From Schizosaccharomyces osmophilus (lineage: Eukaryota), in assembly GCF_027921745.1 (NCBI RefSeq), contig NC_079240.1, positions 2,046,001-2,110,000 of the forward strand: a stretch of DNA of 64,000 bases, in the 5' to 3' direction. Numbering within the stretch: position 1 is the stretch's first letter; every line of letters starts with the position of its first letter. The position numbers and the translations under genes were made by a program. Below the pieces are notes generated by a model. It was not told the origin of the DNA. It searched no databases and saw only the letters and a program-made list of their open reading frames with translations. Shown here piece after piece: positions 1 through 13,393 of this stretch.

Positions 1-1381
1 GTCTCAGTTAATTATCTATTTTAATGAGATAAATTTCGATCAGCTAATCAGCAATGTATATTTGTCTTTTCGACAGAATGGATTCATTTTCTTTGTGTCA
101 AATGACAAACAATGCTCCACTTGCCAATTTTATGCCCACAATGCAGCTTCTGCGTTTGTAAAGTTAGTAAAGGAATATAAATCAGGAATTTCTTTTTATT
201 TATTTGATTGCAGCTCTAACCCTTCTTACTGTGAACAAGAGTTGGGAATTCATGCATACCCTACCTTAGCCTACTATCATAATATGGGTGATTTTACCTT
301 TTTCAACAGTCATACGCCTTTTAAAGTCCTCAAAAAAATTGCAGAAACGGTACGCCCATTAAATAACTTGGATGGAAAACCACATATCGAAGATGTGGTT
401 CGTTTAAAAGAGTTAGAGTCTCTAGAAAATAGATACCCCGTTTTTTTCTTGTACTTACATGATTATGGATCAACTTCTGAAGATTTTGACTATTTACGAA
501 TGTTCTCTCGTTCTCTAGCTGGCTATGCTCCCATCTTTCGATCAGATGATTTAAATCTGGCTAAACATTACGATATTACTCGACTTCCTCACCTATTGGC
601 CGTACGAAATGGGATTCCTTTTTCGTATCCGGCAAAGTACGTCTCCTGTATGCGCAATACCATCCGTATGTGCTCATGGGCTGCCAAACAAAAATACGCT
701 CTTGTCCCAGAGCTAACCCCCGAATTTGCAAAAACAATAGACGAAGGTGCATATTTGGCTATCGCCTTAATAAGTCCTACTTCGCGTGACATCGAAAGCA
801 ACGATTTGCATGATGTTCAGACAATCGCCAAACAGTGGATCCAAACTTTACGGTCTAATGAGCGAAGCCAATTACTTCAGGCTCGTAAAGAATGGTGGGA
901 CTATGTCAAACGCCTAAAGGCGAAAGGTTACCAAGATATTGCTTCTCGTGCCTCTCATCCTTTACCTCTTCCCGAGAATAAGAAGATAACATTCGTCTGG
1001 CTGAATGCTCTTCATTGGAAATCATGGCTTAGTGATATGTTTTCCATCAAGTCTATACCCCAGTCACGATTCCTCTTTGTTCATCCATCAGGATTAAACT
1101 ATTGGGATCATTCTGAAGACGGTACATTACTTACATTAGATCAGCCTTCGCACATCGTACATACAGCTTTGGGTGTTTCATCTATTGAGGGTCGACCTCC
1201 TCATCACAAGTTAACAGTCAGCCGTGAATACTTTTGGCTCATACAAATCAAAGAGTTTTTAGCGTTTTATCAGATATATCTTTGGCTTCTCACTGCCTGT
1301 TTTATCCTTGTGGTTTATTGGCCTTCTGTCATTACATCTTTGAAGCAACGTTCGCTACAACATTTTAGGAAAAGCATTTGA
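1..1381 (+). CDS. ER protein disulfide isomerase/thioredoxin-fold membrane protein (Eps1-like), 5'-truncated by window edge
   Basis: Frame is open from position 2 to TGA at 1381. CxxC (CSTC), thioredoxin-like 'ELGIHAYPTL' and 'YDITRLPHL' motifs, C-terminal hydrophobic helix. Confidence 0.75.
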   Translation, partial: SQLIIYFNEINFDQLISNVYLSFRQNGFIFFVSNDKQCSTCQFYAHNAASAFVKLVKEYKSGISFYLFDCSSNPSYCEQELGIHAYPTLAYYHNMGDFTFFNSHTPFKVLKKIAETVRPLNNLDGKPHIEDVVRLKELESLENRYPVFFLYLHDYGSTSEDFDYLRMFSRSLAGYAPIFRSDDLNLAKHYDITRLPHLLAVRNGIPFSYPAKYVSCMRNTIRMCSWAAKQKYALVPELTPEFAKTIDEGAYLAIALISPTSRDIESNDLHDVQTIAKQWIQTLRSNERSQLLQARKEWWDYVKRLKAKGYQDIASRASHPLPLPENKKITFVWLNALHWKSWLSDMFSIKSIPQSRFLFVHPSGLNYWDHSEDGTLLTLDQPSHIVHTALGVSSIEGRPPHHKLTVSREYFWLIQIKEFLAFYQIYLWLLTACFILVVYWPSVITSLKQRSLQHFRKSI

Positions 1382-1749
1382 AATAATACTTTGGCATATT
1401 AATATTAATATTACTATTAAGCGTCTCTACATATTCGCTTCACAAAAGTTTCCATTTAATTTTCGTCTGGTTTATTTTATGTTCCGATCAAATGGTTGTC
1501 TACCATAGATTTTTCTGATGTATATAATAAAAGTTTCCTACTCGCTCTTTTCTTTTTTTTTTTTTTTGTTAGTTTATAAGCGCGCTATATGCCTCCATAC
1601 AAATAATAGGTATAGCTTCAACTAAATCATATAAAAGATACTGTTTTTTTTTTTTTTTTTTTCTCGATTAAGGTTCATTTCAATCCAAATTCGCTTACAA
1701 GCCTCAACGTAAAACCAAAGCTTTGTTTTCAGACTACCGTTCTGCACAA

Positions 1750-2826
1750 ATGTCGAGAATACCAGAGATTAGGCGATCTCCATTAGTGTCTTTATTTCGA
1801 ACGCTTACTTTTGGAATTACTATTGCTTTATTCATAAGATATGCATTGGCCAAATTGGATATAAATAAGGTTTTGAACATCAAACAACCAGACCTGAATA
1901 TTTATTTTGACCTTCCAAATAGAACGATAGGGGACTTTCCTGTAAGAGTTTATGCAATTGGTGATATCCACGGAGATTTCAATAACGCCCTCGACATCCT
2001 TTCTGCTGCTGGAGTGGTATCTCCAGTATATCCTTTTGAATGGACTGCGGGTAATGCAACCTTGGTCCAAACGGTGAGTATTTCGTATTAGTTAAAAGAG
2101 AATGGAAAGTCTAATTATTATTTTTAGGGAGACGTGGTTGATCGTGGTCCGGATACCAGATTTCTTTTCAAATGGTTTGATGAATTAAGCACCCAGGCAG
2201 AGCAACAAGGAGGACGAATCGTTCGCTTACTTGGAAACCATGAGTTTATGAATGCTAAGGGTGACTGGCGTTACGTTCATTATGGAGACCTTGTCTCATA
2301 CCCGGAACCCTATATAGAAAACCGTAAATACGATTGGGGACCTGAGGGGGAGATCGGTGATTTACTTATAACTAAGTACAATGTGACTTTTAAAGATGAG
2401 ACTAGCAGATCCCATTTTATGCATGCAGGATTGTCTCCAGAATGGGGTTTAAAAGAGGACTTTGTTAATTCTATGGGGCATGAAGTCTTGGAGATGTTTA
2501 TGAAAGCTGAAGAATTACCGGATGAATTGAAGGGATTTTGGGGGATAAAAGGCCCTATGTGGTACAGAGGATATGCTCAACTTCCTATGGAAATTGCTTG
2601 CGAAGTGGCATCTAATGTTACGAAGGCTTTAAATGTTGATCGTTTGGTCATGGGGCACACGCCTCAGTTTTCAGGAATTCGTAGTCGTTGCAATGGCCAA
2701 ATTGTTTTGATCGATACTGGATTGTCTACTGCATATTCGGGGGAACGTGCAGTGTTGCGAATCCTTCAAAATGAACGAACGAATATCGTAGAAGCTGTTT
2801 ACAGAGATCGTGTTGTTAAGCTATAG
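1750..2826 (+). CDS. Metallophosphoesterase, Shewanella-like PPP phosphatase with N-terminal TM; exons 1750-2073, 2128-2826
   Basis: GDIHG; QT|GDVVDRG joined across GTGAGT...CTAAT...TAG intron 2074-2127; GNHE, HAG, GHT and IDTG motifs. Confidence 0.88.
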
Positions 2827-3262
2827 CCTGCTCTATGATTTGCCTAAGGACGAACAACTGAAAGAAGGCACCCAACCCCAACACATTATATATTTTCGTT
2901 CATTACCTTCTTCTTTTATAAAAAATTTCGATTGCCTCGCATTTTAATCCTCATATATAATATCACATTTTCTTCACCCCTTTATGGGAAAACCTACTAC
3001 TGAACCTTGCAATCGCTGGTCAACTGACTACCTGTTTAAACCCTTTTTTTTTAATTTGCATAAGTTTTTTTATAACTTCAATCAATCATACTCTTCTGCA
3101 TTTGCTTTTCTTCTCGTTTCCTCAAACATATATATTTGTTTATGTTACTCCAGCACAAGTAACAACAATTAAGGAACTTCACCGTTGAGATTCAATAATT
3201 TCACTATACTTATAAAGACATAGAGAAGAACCCGAGTTCCTGCCAACAGCGATATACTCAAA

Positions 3263-4048
3263 ATGATGAATTTTATGCGAGGATCCATGTTACGCCAAGT
3301 ACAAACTGGCTCTCTCCAATTCTCTCGACTCGGAGTTCGTAATGCAGCTACAGCTGCAGCCTCCGTACGCCCTCCTATCCAATTGCATGGTCTTGATGGT
3401 AAGTTTCTTTTACAGGAAAGATGGAGAAAGTAACGGGCTCCATTTTTTGAAGTAATGTTCACGTTGTTAACGTATTAGGTGTCTATGCTTCTTCCCTTTA
3501 CACTGCAGCTGTGAAAGAATCCAAGCTGGACCGTATTGAAAAAGCTTTGACTACCTTGGGAGCTACCTTTAAGGAACGTCCAGAGCTTTCCCAATTTATT
3601 TCTAATCCCTCTATTAACTATGAGGATAAGAAGCTGATTGTCTCTTCCTTAAACAAGATGACTGGCGGTGATGCCTTATTGGGTAACTTCTTCAACATCT
3701 TGTCCGTGAACAATCGTTTGGCATTGCTTTCTCGCATCCAAAATCAATTCGAAAAGATTATGCGTGTTCAGCGTGGTGAAGTTGAGGTCACCATTACTTC
3801 CGCTGCTCCTTTGGACTCTAAGACTTTATCCCGTTTGGAATCCAAGATTGCAAAGTCCAAGTATGGCAAGGGTAAGCTCTTGGTTAAAAACAAGGTTTCT
3901 CCTTCTATTCTCGGTGGTCTAATTATGGAAATCGGAGACAACATCCTCGACGTGAGTGTTTCTTCTCGCGTCAACCATTTGAACCAACTGATGACAGGTA
4001 AGTAATATTCCGAATGACGTGAAATTAACTATTTTAGATGCTATTTAA
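3263..4048 (+). CDS. atp5: F1Fo ATP synthase OSCP subunit; exons 3263-3398, 3479-3997, 4038-4048
   Basis: Mitochondrial presequence, then PPIQLHGLDG|VYASSLY and EVTITSA...SILGGLI; canonical GT-AG introns. Confidence 0.93.
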
Positions 4049-4866
4049 ATGTTTCTCCAAACCTTCTTTTGAGCATGTTTTCTTGCCATGCTTGCTGTCA
4101 ACGCAGATTCCTACGCTCCTCTCCTCATTTTGACAGGTCTGAAATCTCTTCAACTTTCTAATTTCTCTATTCTCGCAATGTCCACTCGTAGTCGAATCAC
4201 CCATTCGGTTAAGTGATATTCTTGAATTTGCTGAATTATTTACTGCTGTTTGTTCCAAATACAGTGCCATTCACGTAAAGCTATATTGTGTCAATTATAG
4301 CTTTCTGTAGTTGTTATTTGATCTTTTGATGAATACGATTTCCTCTTTGGAACAAACTAGATAGTCGCTTAAACAAAAGCGTTTATACAGTAAATTGTTG
4401 AAAGAAGATATATTCTAAGATTGAATTTCGTTTATTATTATTGATGTAAACTGGTAAATAGATAGTTTGCTCTGTAGGGAAAGCCTGAACTTTCATTCCG
4501 ATGTCTATTCAAACACGGAAAGACTTTCGAGCATTTAAAATTTGAAGTAGTTTCATCCTTTGTATAATAATCGAATAGCAAATCCTCAACGTGGCATTTA
4601 GTCAATGTTTCATTCCTCTCTAAAAAAAAAAGGAGACTTACCTCCTGGTAAATGAATATCAACTGTTATGAAACTTTTAATTATGAATTAAAATTGTATT
4701 CATCTTAAACTTTACAAGCATTCTGTCTTAAACTTTTTGAAAGTACGAGTATAAACACTACTTACCTAAAGTGATCCACCACCTACCGATATTACAGCAA
4801 CTTTTGCCTACGATCAATTCCTAGGAATCAGACCATAAAAGTTTGGTTTATTGTTTATCCTTCAAA

Positions 4867-6944
4867 ATGGACTCTTCCTTGCAAAATTTGGTGAATGAAT
4901 GGCTTGCAATTGATCAAGTATGAAACTTTCATGATGATATGAAGTCAAAATTAACGGAAAACAGAATGAGACGACACGGAATGAAGTAAAAAGCTTGGTT
5001 AATGCCGGTGATTATGTAACTTTGAAGCAAATCATGCATCCACGAATTGGATTTGGTACTTCAGGTAAGTTGCACGATCACTTTCCTTCGCGATGTTACG
5101 GTGCACCCTTTCCAACTTGAGATGCTCTTTCATAAGCACTCGTATATATTGAAAAATTATATAACTTTAGCTGACTGAACTATTTGCTAATGCTTTATTT
5201 CGGCTTTCGAGATAATAATTATTCATATGTCTTTATACTGAGGTTTTTTTTTGTTTTAAATGGGAATGGGTGCCAAGTTATATCTTTTTGATCGATTTTG
5301 AAGCATTTATTCTCTAACGCTTATCGCTTAGGTTTACGTGCCGAGATTGGTGCAGGGTTTGTTCGCATGAACAGTCTAACCGTCATACAAGCATCTCAGG
5401 GATTTGCTGAATATTTAATTCAAACGGTACCTGGATCCCAGGAAATGGGCGTCGTTGTAGGTCATGATCATCGACATAACTCACAGCAATTTGCTCGTTT
5501 AACTGCTGCTGCTTTTTTGAACAAAGGTTTTAAAGTATATGCTTATGGATTTCTTGTCCATACTCCACTTGTTCCGTTTTCTGTCAAAAACCTGAAAGCT
5601 GCTGCCGGTGTCATGATTACCGCTTCCCATAACCCAGCTGCTTATAATGGTTACAAGGTTTATTGGAGTAATGGATCCGCGATTATCCCTCCCCATGACA
5701 AAGGGATAGCTTCTTGTATAGAAAAGAATTTGAAGCCTTTAGTTTGGGAGCAGGGCCTTGTCGATCACCACATGTTGGCGAATTGTACATTTTCGACAGA
5801 CATACTAAAACAGTATTGGTCTCAGCTACATGAGTTTCATAGAGAGAACACATTTTCGTTGGACATGAAGCCACTGAAGTTTGTTTATACTCCTATTCAT
5901 GGCGTAGGTCTTCCTTTTGTTACGTCTGCTTTGGCTCTTTTTGGAGAACAAGCTGACATGATCTCCGTTCCTCTTCAGGATTCACCAAATCCCGATTTTC
6001 CAACTGTCAAATTTCCCAATCCAGAAGAAGAAGGAGCGCTAGATCTTGCGTTTAAGCAAGCAGATGCTCATAACGTTTCTTACGTGTTGGCAACTGATCC
6101 CGATGCTGACCGTTTTGCATTTGCCGAAAAGATAAACAATGAATGGAGATGTTTTACTGGAGATGAAGTTGGTTGTATTCTTGCTTACTTCATTTTTCAG
6201 GAGTACAAGGACGCAGGCAAACCTGTGGATGATTTTTATGTGCTTTCTACTACCGTTTCCAGTGCTCTTATGAAATCGATGGCAAAAATTGAAGGGTTCC
6301 ATCACGTGGAGACATTAACAGGTTTTAAATGGCTTGGCAACGCTGCTGCTGAATTAGAAGACCAAGGTAAATTCGTGGGTTTAGCTTATGAAGAAGCCCT
6401 TGGCTATATGGTAGGTGGTATTGTAAAAGACAAAGATGGTGTAAATGCTTTGTTGACTTTTTTGCATCTTCTTAAACGTTTAAAGCTTCAACAGCTTTCC
6501 GTTAGTCAGGTTTTTGATAAGGTGTCCCAAAAGTACGGTTACTACGTGACTCGAAATTCTTACTTCTTTTCTCGTGACAATTCAAAACTTCGTGGTTTGG
6601 TAGATGCCCTTCGTAACAAAGATACCAACAATGGATACCCGGCAAAGTTAGGAAGCCGAAACATAACCAGTGTTCGTGACTTAACATCCAATTATGATTC
6701 CACCACGGCAGACAAGAAAGCTAAGTTGCCAATTTCCAAGAGTTCAGATAACGTAACATTTGAGCTTGAAAACGGCCAAGTAGTTATGACTATTCGTACT
6801 AGTGGTACTGAACCTAAACTTAAGTACTACATATGTGCAAGAGGTAGTACATCAGCAGAGGCCCAGAAGAATGCCACAGAGGTTTGTATGGGTATTAAAG
6901 ATGAATGGTTTAAGCCCATGCAGAATGGGTTGGGCGAGCCTTAA
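4867..6944 (+). CDS. pgm2: Phosphoglucomutase/phosphoribomutase (PGM2/Prm15 family); exons 4867-4917, 4965-5064, 5332-6944
   Basis: FGTS|GLR across intron, TASHNP catalytic serine motif, DPDADR metal loop, RTSGTEPK. Confidence 0.9.
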
Positions 6945-7150
6945 GGCTTCTACTACGCGGGATTATTTATCCCTTTCATGCTAACTAGGAGAAATATGTT
7001 GTTAAATAGAATTCCTGGATGCGAGTCTTTAAGTTCGAAAAACAATCACATTAATGTACTATAAATTATGAAAAATGATCCAATGAAATCATTCCCAAAT
7101 TGGCCCAGTTCAAAGTAAGCGTACCAAACTACAATGAAAAGCACCTACAA

Positions 7151-8746
7151 TTAGAGAAGCATAGCCAAATTCATATCCAAAGGATGGCTACAACCCAATT
7201 GGGGAAGTTGTGAGTACTTGCTTTGTAAGACATGCCGGACGCCTTGAAGCATTTGTAGGTAGGTAAGTTGAGGATTTTGAGACACAACCTCCCGGAAGGC
7301 ATATGAGAGTGCACCAGTTGCAAAACCATTGACGTTTGTATCGGCACTGGTTTGATTGTCTTTACAACCGGAAATAGAAATAACATCAGCGGGTGAGAAC
7401 TTGTATTGTCTGGAATACTGAACAGCGTTGTTGCGAAATCCGCCAGAGGCGCTTTGAACAATATTTTTCACATTGCTGAATATACCTCCTATATCACCAG
7501 CCATATATGACATACCAGCATGTAGAACATTCTTACCTGACTCCTTGAGCATATTCGGTTCTTTGAGTACACCTTTAGTAGAGTAGGTAAAAGGAAGGTC
7601 TAGAGCACCTCCAGAATGACAGGCTAACGATCGTTAGTAAAAAAATTATATATTTTGGGGTTAAAAATAATCAACATACAGTCAAAAATGGCCGTCAGAC
7701 GACAACCAGGAGGTAAAGGGCGAACCATAATATCATGCATTTCATCGTCGACAATTTGTCCTGAGACTTCATGGTCTAAGGGATAAATTGTTTCGTCGTA
7801 TCCATCAGCTTCATCACCATTTAAATCTTTTGTTTGCCCACCATGTCCCTGTGATTGATTAGTATATCAAACCTTTTTTTTAGCATACACTATAATGAAA
7901 AAACAACGAATCCTAGAGCATGTTAGCTATTAGAAAATCCCGGAAGAACTAAATAAAGAGGCACAAAGAAAGCAATAGATTAGTTAGTTTGCCTTCGTTC
8001 ATATCAAGTAAAACTTGTAAACTAGTACCAATCGTGCTCTTCTCATATACTTACATTTGGCTGAGCGCCGCTCACGAGCCATCGCATGCCATCCAACATG
8101 TTTTGACGAGTAGGAATAGCTCTTGGATGCTGAGCATAATCGGTCATAATTACTTGATAGTTAGATACAATCTCGGTGAAAATTCATACCCATGTCGTCA
8201 GCTTGGTATCCATAACGCTCTCTCAAAAGCTGACCTGTAGCCATAACATCTAGATTTTTCATTAGAGAACGTTCTAGTTTTAAAACAGAAAAAGTCCTTA
8301 CCGTTGATACATCCCTGTAATTCATTTGGGGTATTCACATAGTTGAGACCGATCAGCAAGGCTTTTCGCTTTCCTTGGCAAGTAGAGTATTGATAGTTAA
8401 ATGATCCACCACCTGAAAAGTCATAAGACTGTGAGTTTGAACTAGGTAATTGCGGTCCCTGATACTCTGGGTTGTTATAAGCATAGTTTCCTGTAGCAGG
8501 AGGCGCCCCAGAAGGAGGTGCATATCCAACATGCTGGCTAGCAGCAGCATCAACGTGTCCTACGTTTCCTATGGGCATTTTGTTGTTATAACCATTTACA
8601 TTCGGTCGATTACCGGAAGGAGGTGGTCCCATCGGAGGAGCATAGCCTTCATTTGGATATCCTCGAGTTGAATAAGAATTGACAGGATATTGAGGTCCAT
8701 AAGGACCATAATTCATCCCTGAGTAGTCGTTATAGCCGTAACTCAT
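7151..8746 (-). CDS. pca1: Metacaspase, multi-exon
   Basis: Pro/Tyr/Asn-rich N-terminus; [10 protein letters not shown]...[12 protein letters not shown] and CHSG catalytic motifs in internal exons; [11 protein letters not shown]. Confidence 0.93.
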
Positions 8747-9225
8747 TGCCTATTCCCTATGTGCAATAGAGAAGAGTTTTTGCAGGGCGAAACAGAACCA
8801 ACTGGTTGAGCGCTCTAGCGCACATTACTACTACTAATAATACAGCATGCTTCAATGATGATTAATAGTCAAGAAATATAGAATTTGGATCGTAAATTAA
8901 TTTATTTAGATTTGGTGCAATGGCATATTATTATTTTAAGAAGTAGGAAAACCTACCATAGCTGGCCTCGATTTTTACTTCATCTTACACGTTGACTCAA
9001 GGTACATAAAATTTTTATGAAGTAAAAAACTCTATTGATTTCTAAATTCAAGTATTGTTATTCATTTTTCATCCACTAGAAAAGTGGCTAAAATTAATTG
9101 AATTTTGACAATAATAATTAAACCTAGCTATTAACCTAACCTAATCTATTTTTAAGTCTTTTTTTTGTTTTGTTTTGAATAGATCACCTTATACAACGCG
9201 ATATCTTATTCAGTGACTCAATCTT

Positions 9226-12200
9226 TTAAAAATATGCCGACAAAGCCCTTTGGTTGTCAACACTCAAAGAAGAAATGACGCTGTTGACTTGGTCTACCGG
9301 GAATTGGGACAAATATGCCTTCGAAGCTTCGAGTAAACGTGCCAAGGTACGACCGCGCAAAACTCCAGAAGCCAAGGTATCTGCTAGGACAGGGATGACG
9401 ACGGGCATTTGGGTAGTAACAGCAATATGATTCTGCTCCATCAGCTCAGCCAAAAACATATAAGCGTAAGGTGCGTCATCTTCATCATGTGTTACGGGAA
9501 GAGTGTTTACCCAAAAAGTAATCATTTTTTCAAGATCCTGGATACGCTGGCTACAGAAGCGGCAAATCTTGCTGATCGCTACAGAAATATTCTCTGTAGC
9601 ATAAATTTGTTCTTCATCCCGAGCCTCTGGATGCTCAAGCATTGTAAACAAAGCAGGTAAAGCACTGGAGCAAATTTCAGAATACAATTCTCCGCCGTGC
9701 TGAGCAGCCACACCAATACCATAAGCGGCAGCTTGGCGAATTTCTGGCTCTGGGTTTTGAATGCCCTCTGCCAAGTAGGGAAGGAAATGATCTTTATATG
9801 CCCAAGAATCAGGTCCGGTGAATTCAATTAAATCATCCATCATACATAATGCCCATTGCTTGGCGATAACATCAGAGCCATTTAAAAAACCGTTCATGTA
9901 TGGCAACAAGCGCTCCCAATAAGGGCAAAATGTTGCTTTATGTTGCTTCAGGACTACACCGAATGTTCTGTTAATTTCGTTTAACATATTTTGGTCATTT
10001 TCTATAGCCAAAATAACATCTTCATCCTCCTCCACATCAGCCTCACCGTTGCGAGAGTTCTCTTCGCGCTCTTGGACACGCTGAATGAAAGCCTTTAGTT
10101 GAAGATCCACAACAGACACCAACTTCTCCATAGAAGCAGCATCAAGACAAGGACCAACCATCTCTAAACTTTCGTAAAAGCATTGGAAATAGTCAGACAG
10201 CATTTCTGAACTTGGTTCACTTTGGATGTAGTCTAACAATTTACGCAGGATGGGATCCCAAATTTCGGCAACCTTAACTGGGTCACGGTTGCTGGCGATA
10301 ATTCTGCTATTAAGCAACTGAGGAATACATTTGCAAGATGCTGAACGTACGCCATCATGGAAGAAAAATTTCAGACCAGGTAACACAACGGAAGTTAAAA
10401 CTTCGTTGACATATGGATCAAAGTCGCCCTTTAATTCAGCTGCATAGCAAACAAGCATTTCAGTAGCGGTACATTTATCCTCCAATGTACTAGTTCTAAT
10501 ACCAACTTGTTGTCCGTGAACGGGAATGAATTCCCATCCATCTTGCTCTGAAAATTTGCTTTCATCAGTATCATCATCAACAATTGTAAAGTCTGGTTTA
10601 GAGGTAGCAGCGGCAAGCAAAGGTGGCATCACAGATCCAAGGAAAGGAACAAAGTCACTTCCAAGGACGCGGCAAATTCGTCCCCATGCAGAAATCAAAT
10701 AGCTAGCCTGAGGATCATCGCTGTCGGTGATGCTCATTTGGATGGTTCCAAGGACCTGAATAACCTCCTGAGAAACTTGCAAGAAGCGAGCTTTTCCTAC
10801 AGCTAAAGCAATCAAAGTAGCACACTCCATTGCTTTACCACGGAGCGTTCTGAATTCCTTGCCTTCAGCTTGACGTAAAACACTAATTAAGAGAGGCATA
10901 ATAGCATCGAAGTACTTGTCGAACTTTTTAGCGGCGGCATCGGCAACAGTGGCAATCGTAGTAACAGCTTGTTCTTGAACATAGCGTTGAGGGCATTGCA
11001 AATGGACAAGAAGACGTTGAAGGATATCATCGAGGTATGGCTCAAGGACCTTGTTATCGGCCTCCTCTGAGAAGTTAACCATAGCGGCAGCAGCATGAGC
11101 ACGAACACGAGCCTCTGGTGACTCTAAGGCAGGAATAAGCGTTTCAAGGATACGGGAAGGATACCTAACTTGTATATCAGGGGCAAAGTCAGTAGACATT
11201 TGACCAACGGCATTACAAGCGGCCCAGCGAACTCGAGGATGAGGATCAGCCAACAAAGGCAAAACCATATCCAAGACTCGACTTAATTCACGCTTCATGA
11301 TTTTCTCAGCACCTTCAGCAATGGAAGAAATTGCCATAAGGGCAGCATGGCGTTCAGACCATTTTTGAGAAGAAATTAGTCCGGGCAACCAGGAAAAAGA
11401 AGGAGGAAGAATCGTCTTACCACCTAATTTTCTGGAAAGGCGATCCATTGCTTGTTCAGCAACGATATGATTAGCATCGCTTTCATCTTGGTCAAGATCA
11501 TTTGTTTCTAACCATTCTTGAAGGTTCTCAGCTTCATCTTCCTCATCACCAGCAACATCAGTCATAAGCATCAAGCATTGCAAGACAAGTTGATTAGCAT
11601 ATTCTGGTGATCTTCTGCACATGGCAGGAGCTCCTTCGGAGAAACAGACAACGGCTTCCAATGCAGCTTGACGAGCAGAATTTTCAAGGTCCTTATCTTT
11701 GATGATGCCAAGGTTGAATTGAAGGTAAGATTCGAAGATACCATGGAAAATCTTGGGAAAGACCTCGGCAACTTCAGTAATGGCCATGAGGCATTCGGTA
11801 AGATTATCAGAGTCACGTTCTTGTTGCAAAGGAGGGAGAATGTTGAGGAGAGCAGGCAACATGGGGATGACCTGATTACGAACAGACTGTTTGCTTTCCA
11901 AGACAATAGAAGAATAAGCGCGAACTGCGGTTACACGAACACCGATACTAGGATCACCGAGTCCAGCGCTGAACAAAGGAGCAACGGCGGCCTCTTGGCC
12001 TGACAACAAGAGAGGCAAGGCAGCGATTGTACGGTAGACGGAGTCACGGAAGGATTCTTCGGGAGAATTGACAGTACCAAAAATGGTGGTGGTAAGCTCA
12101 GGCCATTGGCTTTGGCAATCAAAGACAGAACGAGCGATTTCGGCAATAGTATCACAGAGCTTATTACGGACAGTGGGAACAGCCTCTTGAACAAAGCAAG

Positions 12201-12703
12201 TCAAAAGCTGGTTTTGAAGGGTTTGCTTGGCTTCGTTAGATATACTGGAAAACACTTCCATTTCGCTTTCACTCGGGAGAGTTCGAAAAGATATTCTTCG
12301 AATGAGCACAAGAGAAAATGCGCGAATCTAAAAGAGAGTAGATGGTTAGTGAATTGTCAACATGGCACAGGAACACGTAGAGATGCAAAGAGGAAACAGA
12401 AAAAGAAAACGAAAAAGAAAGCATAGACGAAGACAGGAAAGAGACTCACTTTATCAGCGTCCATCTTTTATCATTTCTCTCTTTTGTTGCTAAACACTCT
12501 TTTGCTTTAAAACATACAGAAACATCTTCACTTCGGGCAGCAAGAGCAGCCAAACCGTTTAGCAGCAAATCAGCACGCTTATCAATCCAGTCGGCGGTCA
12601 ATGCCTTTTCGGCCTCGGCACGTATGGTATTATCGGGGGAAGCTAGTCCTTGAACCAGGACCAACAAAGAGGAAAGCGCATCTGATGCAACACTAGAAGA
12701 CAT
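9226..12703 (-). CDS. sal3: Importin beta-3 / karyopherin (Pse1/Kap121 family); exons 12703-12518, 12327-9226
   Basis: HEAT repeats, [33 protein letters not shown]; intron 12517-12328 GTATGT...CTAAC...TAG. Confidence 0.93.
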
Positions 12704-13393
12704 GATGGAGGAAAAATTCGTTCTAGTAGAAGAAACAGCAATCCAGCAGATGAATGAGGATTACCAAAAAAAGAAGAAAACAAAAGAGAAAAAAAAACCA
12801 GAAAACAACAGAGACGAAAGGGTCTCAATGAAAACAGTTCAATCGTAGACACTTGTTTACCAAAACAAGACGCGAACTACGATGCAAAAACGAATGATAT
12901 TGGGTAAAAATTAGGATCCAATCCAAATTTATAAGTGTACAATAGAAAACGCTTAGTACTTCCACAGAAATGGAATCCAAGCGCGGATGCAAAAGAAGAA
13001 GCTGTCTATAGCAAAGATTCCTTTAGGAAATCAAAAAAAAATTTACCGTAAGCCAACGAAAAGTGAAATCCTCAATAGCAAGCGTACACTAAAAGAGATT
13101 CCAACCTTTAAAGAACTGTTTTAATTAATATACCACATCCCACCGCAACTATATACCAACGGCTTCCACAACCTAGCGCTCACGTTAACCCACAATAAGA
13201 AAATAGAACATAGCGAACGGCAGTCGAATGAGCCTTTGAAAAGAGGTTCGGCAAGATCAAGATACGAATAATAATAATAATAATAATCATAACAAGAATA
13301 ATTAGGATGGAAAGGTTAAGTGGTAGGGTATCGAACTTCTTTACAAACGAATGTACAAATCTTCACTCTTGCAAAAGGAAATAATGTCAACAA

